Notes under the pieces: model-generated | What the model was told of the DNA's origin: nothing | The model's database searches: none | The model's input: the letters and a program-made list of their open reading frames with translations, nothing else | Shown: positions 8,429 through 18,091 of the stretch, in pieces | Layout: every line of letters begins with the position of its first letter | Position numbering within the stretch: the first letter of the stretch is position 1 | Position numbers and translations under genes: made by a program | IMG/VR virus record: IMGVR_UViG_3300006928_000001 | Span: 32,001 to 96,000 of that record | Reading direction: 5' to 3' (one strand) | DNA: 64,000 nucleotides | Source of the DNA: a virus

Positions 8429-9555
8429 TCAGCGTCGCTGTCCTTCTCGGAGTCACCCTTCTTGGAGTCACCCTTCTTAGAATCATCCTTCTTAGAATCA
8501 TCCTTCTTGGGCTTGGGCGTAGGCGCAGTAGTCTCAATCAGAGACTCATCATCGAACCGCTCGCGGATATCCTCAGGGATAGCCTCAAGCTTCTCCTCGT
8601 GGGAGCCGTCAGCACGGTTGTAGTACTTACGAGCTTCGATCTTAGCGACCACTCCGGCGATAGGCTTCTCCACGCCAGTACGGCCAGTCTCACCCTTGCC
8701 AGTGGGCTTGTAACCGTTCAGGTAATACGGAACGTGCTTAGTGGCCTTAGCCATGAACTTGGTAGCCTTATCACCGATACCAAGCTCAGTACAACGCTGG
8801 AAAACACGACCGGCAAAGGAACCGTCAGACTGCAGAGGACCAGGACCTCCATCCTTACCCTCGATGACGTCAACAACAGCCTGGCGAAGAGTCGGCCCAC
8901 GCTCACGCTTCTTGCCGCCACCACTACTCTTACGCTTGGAAGAACGGCGCTTCTTCTCAGGGACAACTTCCGTGTCACCGGAGACGATGTTGGGGCTGTC
9001 CTCAGGGTTTGGGACCAGAAGAGGCAGTCCATCAAAAGAGACGATGACGTGCGGGACGCCATCCTTCTCGATCTCAGCGATCACGTCAACCGGCGTACCA
9101 GCCGGAACGGTGACAGCCTCCTTACCAGAACCAACGGTAAGAGCATGACCAAGACGAGTGCACTCAGTGAGGTCCACACTCTCAAGCCAAGAGGCAAAAC
9201 CACCCCACGTCAGATCACCAGCCTCAGCAGCTGCAAACACCAGACTAGGCGGAGGAGTCTTGACAATTTCACGTCCGTCAAGACCAAAAGCGTAACCCTG
9301 GCTAAGGGCAGCTACGAGCTCAGCGTCAGTGTTCTCTCCGTCAGTTGGGACGGAGTCGTCGACATCGAAAGTACCGTTCTGCAGACCACGGTGGTAGCCA
9401 CAGGCAAACATCGTTTCCTTGGTAAGGAACTGATCCAGGTCAATGTTGTACTCAGCAAGCTTGTCTTCAAGCTGCTTGTTAGGGTCCTCACCCTCAACGG
9501 GGTCAACCCCAAGGAACACAAGGGCAAGAACAACTGCGGTGGCGGGAAGACTCAT
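8425..9555 (-). CDS. probably highly expressed hypothetical protein, acidic N-half and basic/low-complexity C-half (possible nucleic-acid-binding protein)
   Basis: Own promoter and terminator, strong codon bias, AGGAGAG SD before ATG at 9555, KKRRSSKRKSSGGGKKR patch. Confidence 0.7.
   Translation of the reverse strand: MSLPATAVVLALVFLGVDPVEGEDPNKQLEDKLAEYNIDLDQFLTKETMFACGYHRGLQNGTFDVDDSVPTDGENTDAELVAALSQGYAFGLDGREIVKTPPPSLVFAAAEAGDLTWGGFASWLESVDLTECTRLGHALTVGSGKEAVTVPAGTPVDVIAEIEKDGVPHVIVSFDGLPLLVPNPEDSPNIVSGDTEVVPEKKRRSSKRKSSGGGKKRERGPTLRQAVVDVIEGKDGGPGPLQSDGSFAGRVFQRCTELGIGDKATKFMAKATKHVPYYLNGYKPTGKGETGRTGVEKPIAGVVAKIEARKYYNRADGSHEEKLEAIPEDIRERFDDESLIETTAPTPKPKKDDSKKDDSKKGDSKKGDSEKDSDAE
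8449..8508. repeat. 4 x 15-bp coding tandem repeat (KKDDS/KKGDS)
   Basis: ggagtcacccttctt x2 followed by agaatcatccttctt x2. Confidence 0.9.
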
Positions 9556-9612
9556 CTTCTCTCTCCTGGTGGGAATTCGCAAGGGGTTAAGCCCCATGCT
9601 GTGTGCTCATGA

Positions 9613-9641
9613 AGTGTATCACTCCATGGTATCCATGCCAA
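9613..9641 (-). promoter_or_regulatory. sigma70-like promoter
   Basis: TTGGCA-N17-TACACT in an intergenic gap. Confidence 0.55.
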
Positions 9642-9675
9642 TGCATGGAAGACTTCGTAAGTTCGTTGTGATCCG

Positions 9676-12528
9676 CTAGAACCCCATGTCCATCTTCGTA
9701 GGCTTTGGAGGGTCTTTCTCCATTTCACGAAGAAGATTCATGAATTCTGACGTCCAAACCATAGCCGTGTTACGGCTATTTTCTTGATCGAAGAAAGCTG
9801 CTCCGTTACGTGCCATCTGTGTGATGAACATTCGGGCTTCATTCCCGTCAAGTCCTAGAACCATCCCGATGCTATTGGGATTGACTCGGCGTAGATCAAG
9901 TAGAGCTCTACACGTATTACCAACGTCACCAGGGTCTACATCGACGATAGCAGCAATTACTGCTTCTGTATCCAACTTCTGGCGTTTCTTGTACTCACTG
10001 AACTCTTTATAGCCCAGTTCACCGTCGTACGCACAACGCATAACCCGTTCAGCAAATTCTACGTGGCACCGACGGACGTAGATGATGTTAGGGTCATCGT
10101 CTTTTACCGAGAATGTCCGTGCAGCACTTGCTACAGCTAGGCGCGCTATTTTTAGGTCCTGTTCTGCGGGTTCTACCAATGGCATAGAGTGATCGTACTC
10201 TTTCGCCATAGCCGCACCACGTTTAGCCGCAAGGTTTTCAGCTCCATCTTCCCATTCGACGTGGGATTCAGTTCTTGACCAGGCAAACCTGACTAGAGCC
10301 CTTCGTAGTTCTACGAGCGCAGGGTAGGGTTGTTCGCCAAGCTCTTGGTCAGCGGCTTCTTTATCTAGACCCTGCTTAACGGCGCATGCAAAATCAAAAC
10401 GCGCTACGTCTTCTGGCGTTCCGATAAGATCCATGATCGCTTCAACTGGTGTTCCGTATGACGATAGCATTCTGCCCAAACCACGTGGGTTACCAGCCAT
10501 AATGATTCTAGTTCTAGCTGGTGTTGAAGCATTACGAATCTTAGTAATTTCTGCGATCCCACTAGACCGCATCCCAGACATCTTAGAGATATCGTCTACG
10601 CTTAGTGAACTAGCTTCGTCAATCGTGACGAGACCACGGTCATTAGTAGGAACAAGTCCCCAAGTAACGACCCATGACTTATCACCACTCCCTACCTGTT
10701 GAAGACCACCAACGATACCGGCGTACGTAGTATTAGCGGGGTCCATGACGTACTTTCCTAAACCAAAGTATTGAGTCATGGTGTTCATTGTTTCTGACTT
10801 ACCTGTACGTGTATCACCGATTACGCAAAGTGACAACCATCCACGAGCTGGAACTTTACCACGATACTTGAATCGGATCACGCTATGGTACGTTAGATCG
10901 ACTAGTCTGAGCAGATTATTACGTCCAAACACCCCTGTGACGTGTCGAGACAGGCTTTTTTCTTCGGCTATCATTACAGCGTCAATAGAATCTGCTGTCC
11001 ATTGACGTGGATTGAACGTTTCCTTGAGAGACTGGGTCATCTCTTCGTCAAGGGTAAATGAATCGATATCATCTTCAGCAGGTATTGCGTCTGAGCTAAC
11101 CAATGTCCATTCGTTCGTCAAAACGTCAGGTTCAATTTTTCCGTAAAAATGGTACAACTGATTAGATCTGATTGGTGGTGTTCTACCATCCGCCGGACAG
11201 ACGTACATGGCAGCTCGCATCGTACTATCACCACCATGGCGCTCAGACATTGGTGGGATCAACTTAAGGTGCTGAATTTGCCAGTGACCGTCCATCTTGA
11301 ACTTGACCATTGGACAACGTCCAGGGATTCCTGCCTTACGCCTAAACTCATTCTCTTGTTGCCTGGAGTTCATGACGGCCAAGTTCATGAGCATCTCTGA
11401 CTCAGCATCAATCTCGACGCGAAGTGATCCAGCTGTTCTCATGACGGGGCAAGCAGCACACTTCTTTTCGTCCCAGTTCATATGGCACTTGACTTCAGCC
11501 AGTTGTGGAACTAGAACAGGAATCATGTTTGTACCGAGTACGTGGGCTTTAACCGAGATGCTTTCCTTTGGAACGCCACCACCAAGCTTTACTGGTAGCG
11601 GGGGTGGTGCTTCTTCTTGGTCTTTTTTGCCTTCCCACTGGTCATTTGCTAGCTTCTTGAACCAAGAAACGCTACGCTTATCCTTAAGAATAGCGTCGCT
11701 GAAGTCTTTGAAGTTAGGGTCAGACAACGAGAAGTCTAGATGAAGAGCTTCAACATCATTGGTTACCAGTCGTGACCTAACGGTACGAGCCCCTCTTCTT
11801 CCAGGAGTATCGATGTCGTAGCATAGCACTACTTTCTTACCACGGACTATGTTAAGAACATCTGCTGTCCAGGTTCCAGCACCACCTGTGATCAGCAAGG
11901 TCGGAAGACCTTGCTGGGCCGCTAGAATTCCGTCTGGCTCACCTTCGAACATCCATACTTCATCCGCCTTTTCGATAGATTCGAAGCCAAACGGAATCCA
12001 TACAGCTTTACGGTTAAGCCCTTCATCATTGGCGTAATGAAACGACTTAACCGTTGATCTTTTGAACGGGTCGTACATACGCGCGTTGATAAGTTTACCA
12101 GACTGATCGCGAATCGGTATCCAAAGATGACTACCGTCCCAGCCGATCAAAAGCTTTTCAATCGTAGCCTTAGTCCATCCCCGCTTACGTTCTAGGTCTG
12201 TTACGACCTGAGGAGAGTCGACTAGGATACGATGGTATCGTGCAATCAAATCCTCAGACAGAGGGGGCAAGTCGCGTAGAGTTACAACTGTCCCAGCGGA
12301 CTGAGGAGACTTGACAAACACGTCAAGTGGCGGACCATCATCTCTCGATGATGCTCTGCACCGATGACACCGGTAGTATCCAGTGTCGATGTTTACACGC
12401 AGAGATGGCCGCTCATCTGGTCCACAAGCTGGACACTTAGCCGTCGCCCAACCATTGGACGAGGCTTTAGTTTGGTCCAGCCCAAGAGCCGTCAGAGCGG
12501 CGTTCAGCGCAGCTGCTGAGAGCTTCAC
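9676..12528 (-). CDS. Zn-finger/Toprim primase fused to MCM-family AAA+ helicase
   Basis: CPAC...CHRC; Toprim FEGEPDG and YDIDTPG; MCM-like GDTRTGKSE, T.AGIVGG, GLVTIDE, RTRIIMAGNP, ARFD. Confidence 0.85.
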   Translation of the reverse strand: MKLSAAALNAALTALGLDQTKASSNGWATAKCPACGPDERPSLRVNIDTGYYRCHRCRASSRDDGPPLDVFVKSPQSAGTVVTLRDLPPLSEDLIARYHRILVDSPQVVTDLERKRGWTKATIEKLLIGWDGSHLWIPIRDQSGKLINARMYDPFKRSTVKSFHYANDEGLNRKAVWIPFGFESIEKADEVWMFEGEPDGILAAQQGLPTLLITGGAGTWTADVLNIVRGKKVVLCYDIDTPGRRGARTVRSRLVTNDVEALHLDFSLSDPNFKDFSDAILKDKRSVSWFKKLANDQWEGKKDQEEAPPPLPVKLGGGVPKESISVKAHVLGTNMIPVLVPQLAEVKCHMNWDEKKCAACPVMRTAGSLRVEIDAESEMLMNLAVMNSRQQENEFRRKAGIPGRCPMVKFKMDGHWQIQHLKLIPPMSERHGGDSTMRAAMYVCPADGRTPPIRSNQLYHFYGKIEPDVLTNEWTLVSSDAIPAEDDIDSFTLDEEMTQSLKETFNPRQWTADSIDAVMIAEEKSLSRHVTGVFGRNNLLRLVDLTYHSVIRFKYRGKVPARGWLSLCVIGDTRTGKSETMNTMTQYFGLGKYVMDPANTTYAGIVGGLQQVGSGDKSWVVTWGLVPTNDRGLVTIDEASSLSVDDISKMSGMRSSGIAEITKIRNASTPARTRIIMAGNPRGLGRMLSSYGTPVEAIMDLIGTPEDVARFDFACAVKQGLDKEAADQELGEQPYPALVELRRALVRFAWSRTESHVEWEDGAENLAAKRGAAMAKEYDHSMPLVEPAEQDLKIARLAVASAARTFSVKDDDPNIIYVRRCHVEFAERVMRCAYDGELGYKEFSEYKKRQKLDTEAVIAAIVDVDPGDVGNTCRALLDLRRVNPNSIGMVLGLDGNEARMFITQMARNGAAFFDQENSRNTAMVWTSEFMNLLREMEKDPPKPTKMDMGF

Positions 12529-12555
12529 CGCTAACCGCCGCTCATGAGGGTTTTA

Positions 12556-13584
12556 CTAGAACGAATCTTCCGGAGCAGCCTCATCCTCGGAGGGAGGAGC
12601 GTCAATCACATCGCCAGACGCGGCCCCGGTCTCGCCGAGATCACCGCCGTCATTCATGTCAGGGACGTAGGACTTATCCTGCGTCGACTCGTAAAGTTCA
12701 CGAGCCTGATCAGTCAGGGCCTTAACTGCGTATCCAGTCTGAGCCACCGTAGCGACGTAGAAAATACCCTTATCGTTCTGAGTCTTCTTAGCAGCCAGGG
12801 TGAAGATCTTAGCCCATGCCGGTTCGCGCGCAGCCAGCTTAATCATCCCAGCCAAGGAACGTCCCGCGGCAAGGCTACTGCGACTGAAGCTGATGAATGC
12901 CGGAACAATCTCTGGAGGCATTCCGTTGAACGGAGGCAGAGCTACTAGGGCCAAGACGTCAATGCTAGCAGTACACCTGGGAGCCCGCTGTTCGTTCTCA
13001 AGTCGGATAGATTCTCCGTCCTGAACGATGATCTTAGGCAACCAAGAGTTGCCTCGGCCACTGGGGGTACGCCCTGCAGCAGAAGCCGCTGCGCCGGGAC
13101 CGTAAACACACTCTTCACAAGAGGAAGTAGGACGTCCACCAACCCACTCAAGGCTAGTAACAACACCCTTACTGTTAACTTCGAGCTTGAGCTTAGCCGC
13201 GGCCAGCCCTTCAGCATCCCGAGCCTGGTAATCGCCATAGGCTGCTTCACACTCGATGCCACCACCTTCAGTAAGAGGGGTCCATCGACGCTGAGCGTTG
13301 AAGATGCGAACAACAATAAACTTGAGACCATCTTCAGCAGACAAGCTAGCCGGTCGGTTGTATGGCGTGGTCCAGTACAGACCAGCCTTAGCACCTTCAA
13401 TCTCCTCCTGCACGGCCTTACTCATTGCCTGCAGCAGAGAAATCCGTGGTAGAACAATATCACCAGTCTGAATATCCTCAGACCCAGCTCCAGCATCACC
13501 CGCGTCAAACTGCTGGGTTTCAGCCGGCATCATAAGGTCTTCGACGCTCACAGCAAGTGCCGTCTCTTCTTTCTTCTTGGCCAT
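12556..13584 (-). CDS. putative phage single-stranded DNA-binding protein
   Basis: DIVLPRISLLQAMS N-terminal motif, Cys cluster, acidic tail ending EDSF; lies between the helicase and primase genes. Confidence 0.6.
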   Translation of the reverse strand: MAKKKEETALAVSVEDLMMPAETQQFDAGDAGAGSEDIQTGDIVLPRISLLQAMSKAVQEEIEGAKAGLYWTTPYNRPASLSAEDGLKFIVVRIFNAQRRWTPLTEGGGIECEAAYGDYQARDAEGLAAAKLKLEVNSKGVVTSLEWVGGRPTSSCEECVYGPGAAASAAGRTPSGRGNSWLPKIIVQDGESIRLENEQRAPRCTASIDVLALVALPPFNGMPPEIVPAFISFSRSSLAAGRSLAGMIKLAAREPAWAKIFTLAAKKTQNDKGIFYVATVAQTGYAVKALTDQARELYESTQDKSYVPDMNDGGDLGETGAASGDVIDAPPSEDEAAPEDSF

Positions 13585-13615
13585 TATGGCCTCCCTTTCG
13601 TCAGGTGGACACTGC

Positions 13616-13644
13616 AGTATACCTCAATGGTCTACGCATTGCCA
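13616..13644 (-). promoter_or_regulatory. sigma70-like promoter for SSB-primase/helicase
   Basis: TGGCAA-N17-TATACT. Confidence 0.6.
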
Positions 13645-13676
13645 TGGTTCAATAGTCGTGTGCCTTCGCCAGAGCA

Positions 13677-13991
13677 TTAAGCCGAAGCGATATTCTTGTT
13701 TTTGAAAACGGAATGGTCTTGCCATGATTCGATGTGTTCAACAATCTTCTTAGAATCACCATCAGATTCGACAAGGTCTAGCCCATACAAAGCGGCTGCA
13801 CCCCGTAGAATTTCAATTACATCTTCATCTTCACCAATGTGGTTTACGGATAGATACCCACCAGGCATCAGCGTAATTTCTACTCTTCCAATACACCCCT
13901 TCGGGATACTCGATACTACTGTGATCATCTTATCATCGTCAGCCAACAGACACACTCCTCTGTGGAGAAAGGTATACTCTACAGTAACCAT
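13677..13991 (-). CDS. hypothetical protein
   Basis: ORF fills the gap on the operon strand. Confidence 0.55.
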   Translation of the reverse strand: MVTVEYTFLHRGVCLLADDDKMITVVSSIPKGCIGRVEITLMPGGYLSVNHIGEDEDVIEILRGAAALYGLDLVESDGDSKKIVEHIESWQDHSVFKNKNIASA

Positions 13992-14031
13992 GAATGGTTC
14001 TGCGGAAAAATTACGCTACTGCGTAGAAGTC

Positions 14032-15696
14032 CTAGCCGTAAATCGTTTCAGCAAGCCAATTTAGTAACGACAGAGCTACGCTTCGTTGTTTTCTATGAGC
14101 GATGACTACGGCTTCATCTGGACCATTGTCAACTACCAAATCGTAGATGATAGCTTTGTGCTTCAAACCATGCCGGTGCACTCGATCTTCAGACTGTGAT
14201 CTTGCGATCGTTCCAAGTGGCTGTGAATAGTACACTGCCGATTTGCTATGCTGCCAGTTCAACCCAGCACCAGCCACACCCGGGTGTGCGATTACGGTAT
14301 GATATCTTCCTGCTCTCCAGTCCGATTGAATCATATCTCTTTGACGAGCGGGCGTAGGCCCATGAATAATCGCGACTCCTCTCTTCCCGAGTAGTTCAAC
14401 TACTCGTTGATATTCAACCCGTGAAAAGTCTGTTGTTCCGTCTTCTTTGAGAGGTCCATACACTTGACCCCCAACACGAAGGGCGGTGTCTGGTTCTTCC
14501 CCAGCCGCGACAAGCGCAGCGGCGATGACTTCTCTGGACCTCGAGGCCCAAATGTGACGTGGCGCACGGTCACCGTGGGCGTCTTTGATTTCTTCGATAA
14601 CATCTCGGAGGAGGGCAAGCTTTCCACTGTGGACAGGTCGCCCTTCAAGATATCCACCCGTAAGCTCAATGGTTCGAAGTCGTTCGATGAGAACATTCTC
14701 AGGGACGATTGCGTGCCCGTCGTCAAGAACGGCACGATCGTCTTCGATGAGATCGAGCATAAGCTTAGCAGCTGACGGCGGAAGATCAAAAGAGCGTTTG
14801 AAGTAAATTTTGTCAGGGAGGTCAAGACACTCGTCCTTACGCCTACGAACTGTGTATGGATGCATTGGGTCAAGTACTTCGTATTGAATGCGTTTTTGAT
14901 TTACGCCAACTACGAATGATCTAGACACACTGAACTGTTTACCCTTACTCTCCATCGGGTCATGTAGCTGACCGTATCTATACTTGAACGCATCAAACGA
15001 ACCTGGGGCACCGGCTGGAAATCTAGCTTTCCCGATTGTAATGATATCTGGTGGAAGTCTCTTCAAAACGTCTGGGCGTACAAGCTTCGTTAAACCCCAG
15101 AGTCTCATATGCTCCGGTCTACCAATTGGAGTAGCTGTGATACCAGCAGCTCCAATGCAGGCAGACGCAAAAGCTCTAGCTGCTACACCTTGCCCTGAAT
15201 GAGATAGTGCAACGCCTTGTGCTTCATCCACGACGATGGCTATACGCCTACCCCTTGCATGTATCATCATAGGATGATCAGCTTTTACGATGTTTTTGCG
15301 TCGGTACTTAGTCACCAATAGACTACGAAGGCCGGAGAACGTAGTTGCCATTACCGTAAGTTTGTGCTGTTCAGTTCTCAATCCCGACGTGATGACATCT
15401 TCAATCAAGTCGTTATCTGGTGGTCTACAGTCGATGAAGTTCACCAACCCTTCAGGCCACGTTCGCCCATCAAATGTTTCGCGCCAGTCTGGCATCGTCA
15501 TACTTGGTAGCACCAAGACAACTTCGTCAATGACACCTCTAAGCCAGAGGGTTTGAAGCCACCAAGCTGTTGTAGCAGTCTTACCAGTACCCAGTTCGTT
15601 CCAGATGTTAACCCTAGAAAATCGAGCTAGTCTTTGAACATCTTCAGCTTGATGTTTAAGCGGAGACCATTCCGCTGGTAGCAACTGGTACGTCAC
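14032..15696 (-). CDS. SNF2-like superfamily 2 helicase
   Basis: ELGTGKT, VVDEAQ, TATP, RRRKDECLDLPDK, GAGLN, QSEDRVHRHG. Confidence 0.9.
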   Translation of the reverse strand: MTYQLLPAEWSPLKHQAEDVQRLARFSRVNIWNELGTGKTATTAWWLQTLWLRGVIDEVVLVLPSMTMPDWRETFDGRTWPEGLVNFIDCRPPDNDLIEDVITSGLRTEQHKLTVMATTFSGLRSLLVTKYRRKNIVKADHPMMIHARGRRIAIVVDEAQGVALSHSGQGVAARAFASACIGAAGITATPIGRPEHMRLWGLTKLVRPDVLKRLPPDIITIGKARFPAGAPGSFDAFKYRYGQLHDPMESKGKQFSVSRSFVVGVNQKRIQYEVLDPMHPYTVRRRKDECLDLPDKIYFKRSFDLPPSAAKLMLDLIEDDRAVLDDGHAIVPENVLIERLRTIELTGGYLEGRPVHSGKLALLRDVIEEIKDAHGDRAPRHIWASRSREVIAAALVAAGEEPDTALRVGGQVYGPLKEDGTTDFSRVEYQRVVELLGKRGVAIIHGPTPARQRDMIQSDWRAGRYHTVIAHPGVAGAGLNWQHSKSAVYYSQPLGTIARSQSEDRVHRHGLKHKAIIYDLVVDNGPDEAVVIAHRKQRSVALSLLNWLAETIYG

Positions 15697-15881
15697 AGCT
15701 TAATCACGTTCCCGTGTTCGTCGGTGATGACTTCAACTGTTTCAGACGATTGAAACACAGATGCCATACTGACAACCCAGGTCCCCAAAGCTATCACGAG
15801 ACATAGTGTAGACGCTGCCTCGTGTGTGGGCGCCAAGTAACCAGTCAACACTACCAGTGATACAGGAAACAAGTGATGCAT
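15693..15881 (-). CDS. small membrane protein
   Basis: GGAGG SD before MHHLFPVSLVV; hydrophobic segments. Confidence 0.5.
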   Translation of the reverse strand: MHHLFPVSLVVLTGYLAPTHEAASTLCLVIALGTWVVSMASVFQSSETVEVITDEHGNVIKL

Positions 15882-15882
15882 T

Positions 15883-16137
15883 TTATCCTCCACAAACAAG
15901 AGCTTCACCAAGAGCGTCAGACACATCGGTGTCGACTGCACCCTGAAGCTCCATAATCGGAATCCAGCGCCAGTCATCTGGCGGAGTCCCTGTAGAGTGC
16001 TGAATGACACGAACCGTGTTATAATCGAATGACTCGATCACACTCGTGAACGACTCAACCTCTTCCACGGTAGGAATAGGGTCAGTAGTAGATGGCTTCG
16101 CCAGAACCTTCGTTCCACGAATTACGATGGCAAGCAT
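15883..16137 (-). CDS. hypothetical protein
   Basis: GGGAG SD; downstream of a promoter. Confidence 0.55.
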   Translation of the reverse strand: MLAIVIRGTKVLAKPSTTDPIPTVEEVESFTSVIESFDYNTVRVIQHSTGTPPDDWRWIPIMELQGAVDTDVSDALGEALVCGG

Positions 16138-16164
16138 TCTTGCTCCCTTAAGGTTTACAAGATA

Positions 16165-16193
16165 CTTATACCACTGCCCTTAAGTGAGGACCA
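16165..16193 (-). promoter_or_regulatory. sigma70-like promoter for the helicase operon
   Basis: TGGTCC-N17-TATAAG. Confidence 0.45.
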
Positions 16194-16217
16194 TTCCGCA
16201 GAATCGTTTGTCTGCGC

Positions 16218-16703
16218 TTAGCCCCACATCCACTCAGACGTAAAATCGTTTTGCGGACATTCGATTTCATCAATCTGCGGAAATGGTGACTGTCCGTGCT
16301 TCACACGTTGAACAGCGACTTCAAATGTATTTCGCCCAATTGGCTTAAACGTCAGGCCGCCACCAACTCTGGTTTCTGCAGCGCGTCGTTTGTCGCGACT
16401 AGTAGCCCATCCGGTCATCAACCCAATTTTCGTCTTTGGGGAGTGCTCACGAATAGCCTCTCCTAGACCAACACCAACAGGACCACCATTCAACCGTACG
16501 TCGATTATAACGATGTTAGGTTGCCACTGCTCTGCTGTGTCTAGGGCTTCTCTTTTTGAAGTTACGCCACGTACACTCGCACCCAATCCTCGCATATGAT
16601 TCATATACGATTTTAGTGCAATGACGTTATCTTCGACGATAAGAACTCTTAGCTCTTCATTTGGGTCTGGTGGGTCTGGCCAAATATTGGTTCCTGGCAT
16701 CAT
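16218..16703 (-). CDS. stand-alone response-regulator receiver (CheY-like) protein
   Basis: VLIVEDN acid pocket, IVIIDVRL phosphoacceptor Asp, LMTG, FKPI. Confidence 0.85.
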   Translation of the reverse strand: MMPGTNIWPDPPDPNEELRVLIVEDNVIALKSYMNHMRGLGASVRGVTSKREALDTAEQWQPNIVIIDVRLNGGPVGVGLGEAIREHSPKTKIGLMTGWATSRDKRRAAETRVGGGLTFKPIGRNTFEVAVQRVKHGQSPFPQIDEIECPQNDFTSEWMWG

Positions 16704-17404
16704 GGGATTCCTTTAACACGCGTCTTGAGCGTGTTAGCTGCGGAGCTGATTACCCATCGTGTAAAAGCCGCTCTAGACGAGCGCACAGCAGAATCTTCGC
16801 TATCAGGGTCTTCGTCGTCATCCTCATTTGGCATGACCATCGACGCAGGTGCTGCGTGATGAACTGCTAGGTACACTAGCTTTCTATCGTCTTCGGCTCT
16901 CCATAGCGTTTCGATAGATGCACTCAGAACGTCAGATACTTGCCACTGATCACGTAGCTGACCAGGATTGACCTCTGACAGATCAAGGATGATAGACTTC
17001 TCGTCTTTTTCGATGAGATGAGAAAGCACAGAAGCTCTGTACGAATCTGTTACTTCTCGTCTACTCCAGTGGTTCTTAATTGGTTCAACTGCCCTAAGCG
17101 TGGCTTCTGAGACAATCGTTATGAACAGGTTAGATTTCGCTTCTCGTAGTGCGCCACCACCATTAGTAACGACTACGATAAACGCTCTTAGAGCAGCAGT
17201 TTCATTTACGATTCGTTGAAGCTGATTCTGAATGGCGAGCATATCACCACCACTAGCTTCTGCGTTAAGCTCTTCCTGCTTATACTTACGCCACCGTGCC
17301 CATAGCTCTCTAATCAACTGTCCAAATGCTACAGACGCAGTTGAGATAGCCGCTGCCACTTCTTTAGGGTGTGACTGAATGATTGCGTCAAACCAAGCAA
17401 GCAT
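16700..17404 (-). CDS. membrane-anchored GAF-like domain protein, putative holin of T4 T-like architecture
   Basis: Weak N-terminal hydrophobic helix followed by WARWRKYK, then A.RAFIVVVTNGG...ITIVSE...I...W pattern resembling GAF folds. Confidence 0.45.
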   Translation of the reverse strand: MLAWFDAIIQSHPKEVAAAISTASVAFGQLIRELWARWRKYKQEELNAEASGGDMLAIQNQLQRIVNETAALRAFIVVVTNGGGALREAKSNLFITIVSEATLRAVEPIKNHWSRREVTDSYRASVLSHLIEKDEKSIILDLSEVNPGQLRDQWQVSDVLSASIETLWRAEDDRKLVYLAVHHAAPASMVMPNEDDDEDPDSEDSAVRSSRAAFTRWVISSAANTLKTRVKGIP

Positions 17405-18072
17405 TAGTCCATACCACCACGAATAAGTTCAAACGTCTTTTCACCACGATCAGACGCTTGAATGGAATTCATTTTGTGCTGAATCTCATTGAGAATCTGC
17501 TCACGGTCACTAGCCTTTTCTGACCAGAAGGCGCTAGCACGACCCTTAAGATTGAGGTCCGGCATCATCTCGGCTAGTGATTCTTCAACTGAGGTTAGTT
17601 CTCTACATGCATCGCGTAGAGCTGTAGAGAACTGCGTTTTTCCGCTTTCACACTTTTCTAGTTCCGTCATTACGTATGCCGAAAGAGCTTCCCAGCGTTC
17701 CATAACCATGCGAATCTTAGTAGAATGGAACTCGATACCAAGAATAGCCCACACCTGAGCTTCAGCTTCAAGCAAAGCATCTCGACGAATCGCTGACCGT
17801 TTGGACTGAAAGATGGCACGCTTCTCTCTCCACCGCTCAGCGCGAGACCGTCTGCGTAGTTCACCTGGAACTGTGTGCTGCTCCATCTCTTCGAATTGGT
17901 CTGAATACATGCGGACAAGCTGCTGCATAGTCAATGGCACAGGACTGCAGATGAAAGCATCACCTGGGTCCTGGAAGACCAAGCGCAGATCTTCAATTGA
18001 ACCATTGCCATTTTGAAGACGATTGATCAGTGAAGTCTGACTCTCGTCAAGTCCGTCGTTGTCGTCTCGCAT
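17404..18072 (-). CDS. putative terminase small subunit
   Basis: HTH-like TMQQLVRMY...GELRRRSRAERWREKR followed by coiled coil. Confidence 0.4.
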   Translation of the reverse strand: MRDDNDGLDESQTSLINRLQNGNGSIEDLRLVFQDPGDAFICSPVPLTMQQLVRMYSDQFEEMEQHTVPGELRRRSRAERWREKRAIFQSKRSAIRRDALLEAEAQVWAILGIEFHSTKIRMVMERWEALSAYVMTELEKCESGKTQFSTALRDACRELTSVEESLAEMMPDLNLKGRASAFWSEKASDREQILNEIQHKMNSIQASDRGEKTFELIRGGMD

Positions 18073-18091
18073 CTTACCAAGATACCCCGAC

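Noticed and set aside
8401-9612. 403-aa plus-strand ORF
   Set aside because: Antisense shadow of a strongly codon-biased gene; no SD or motifs
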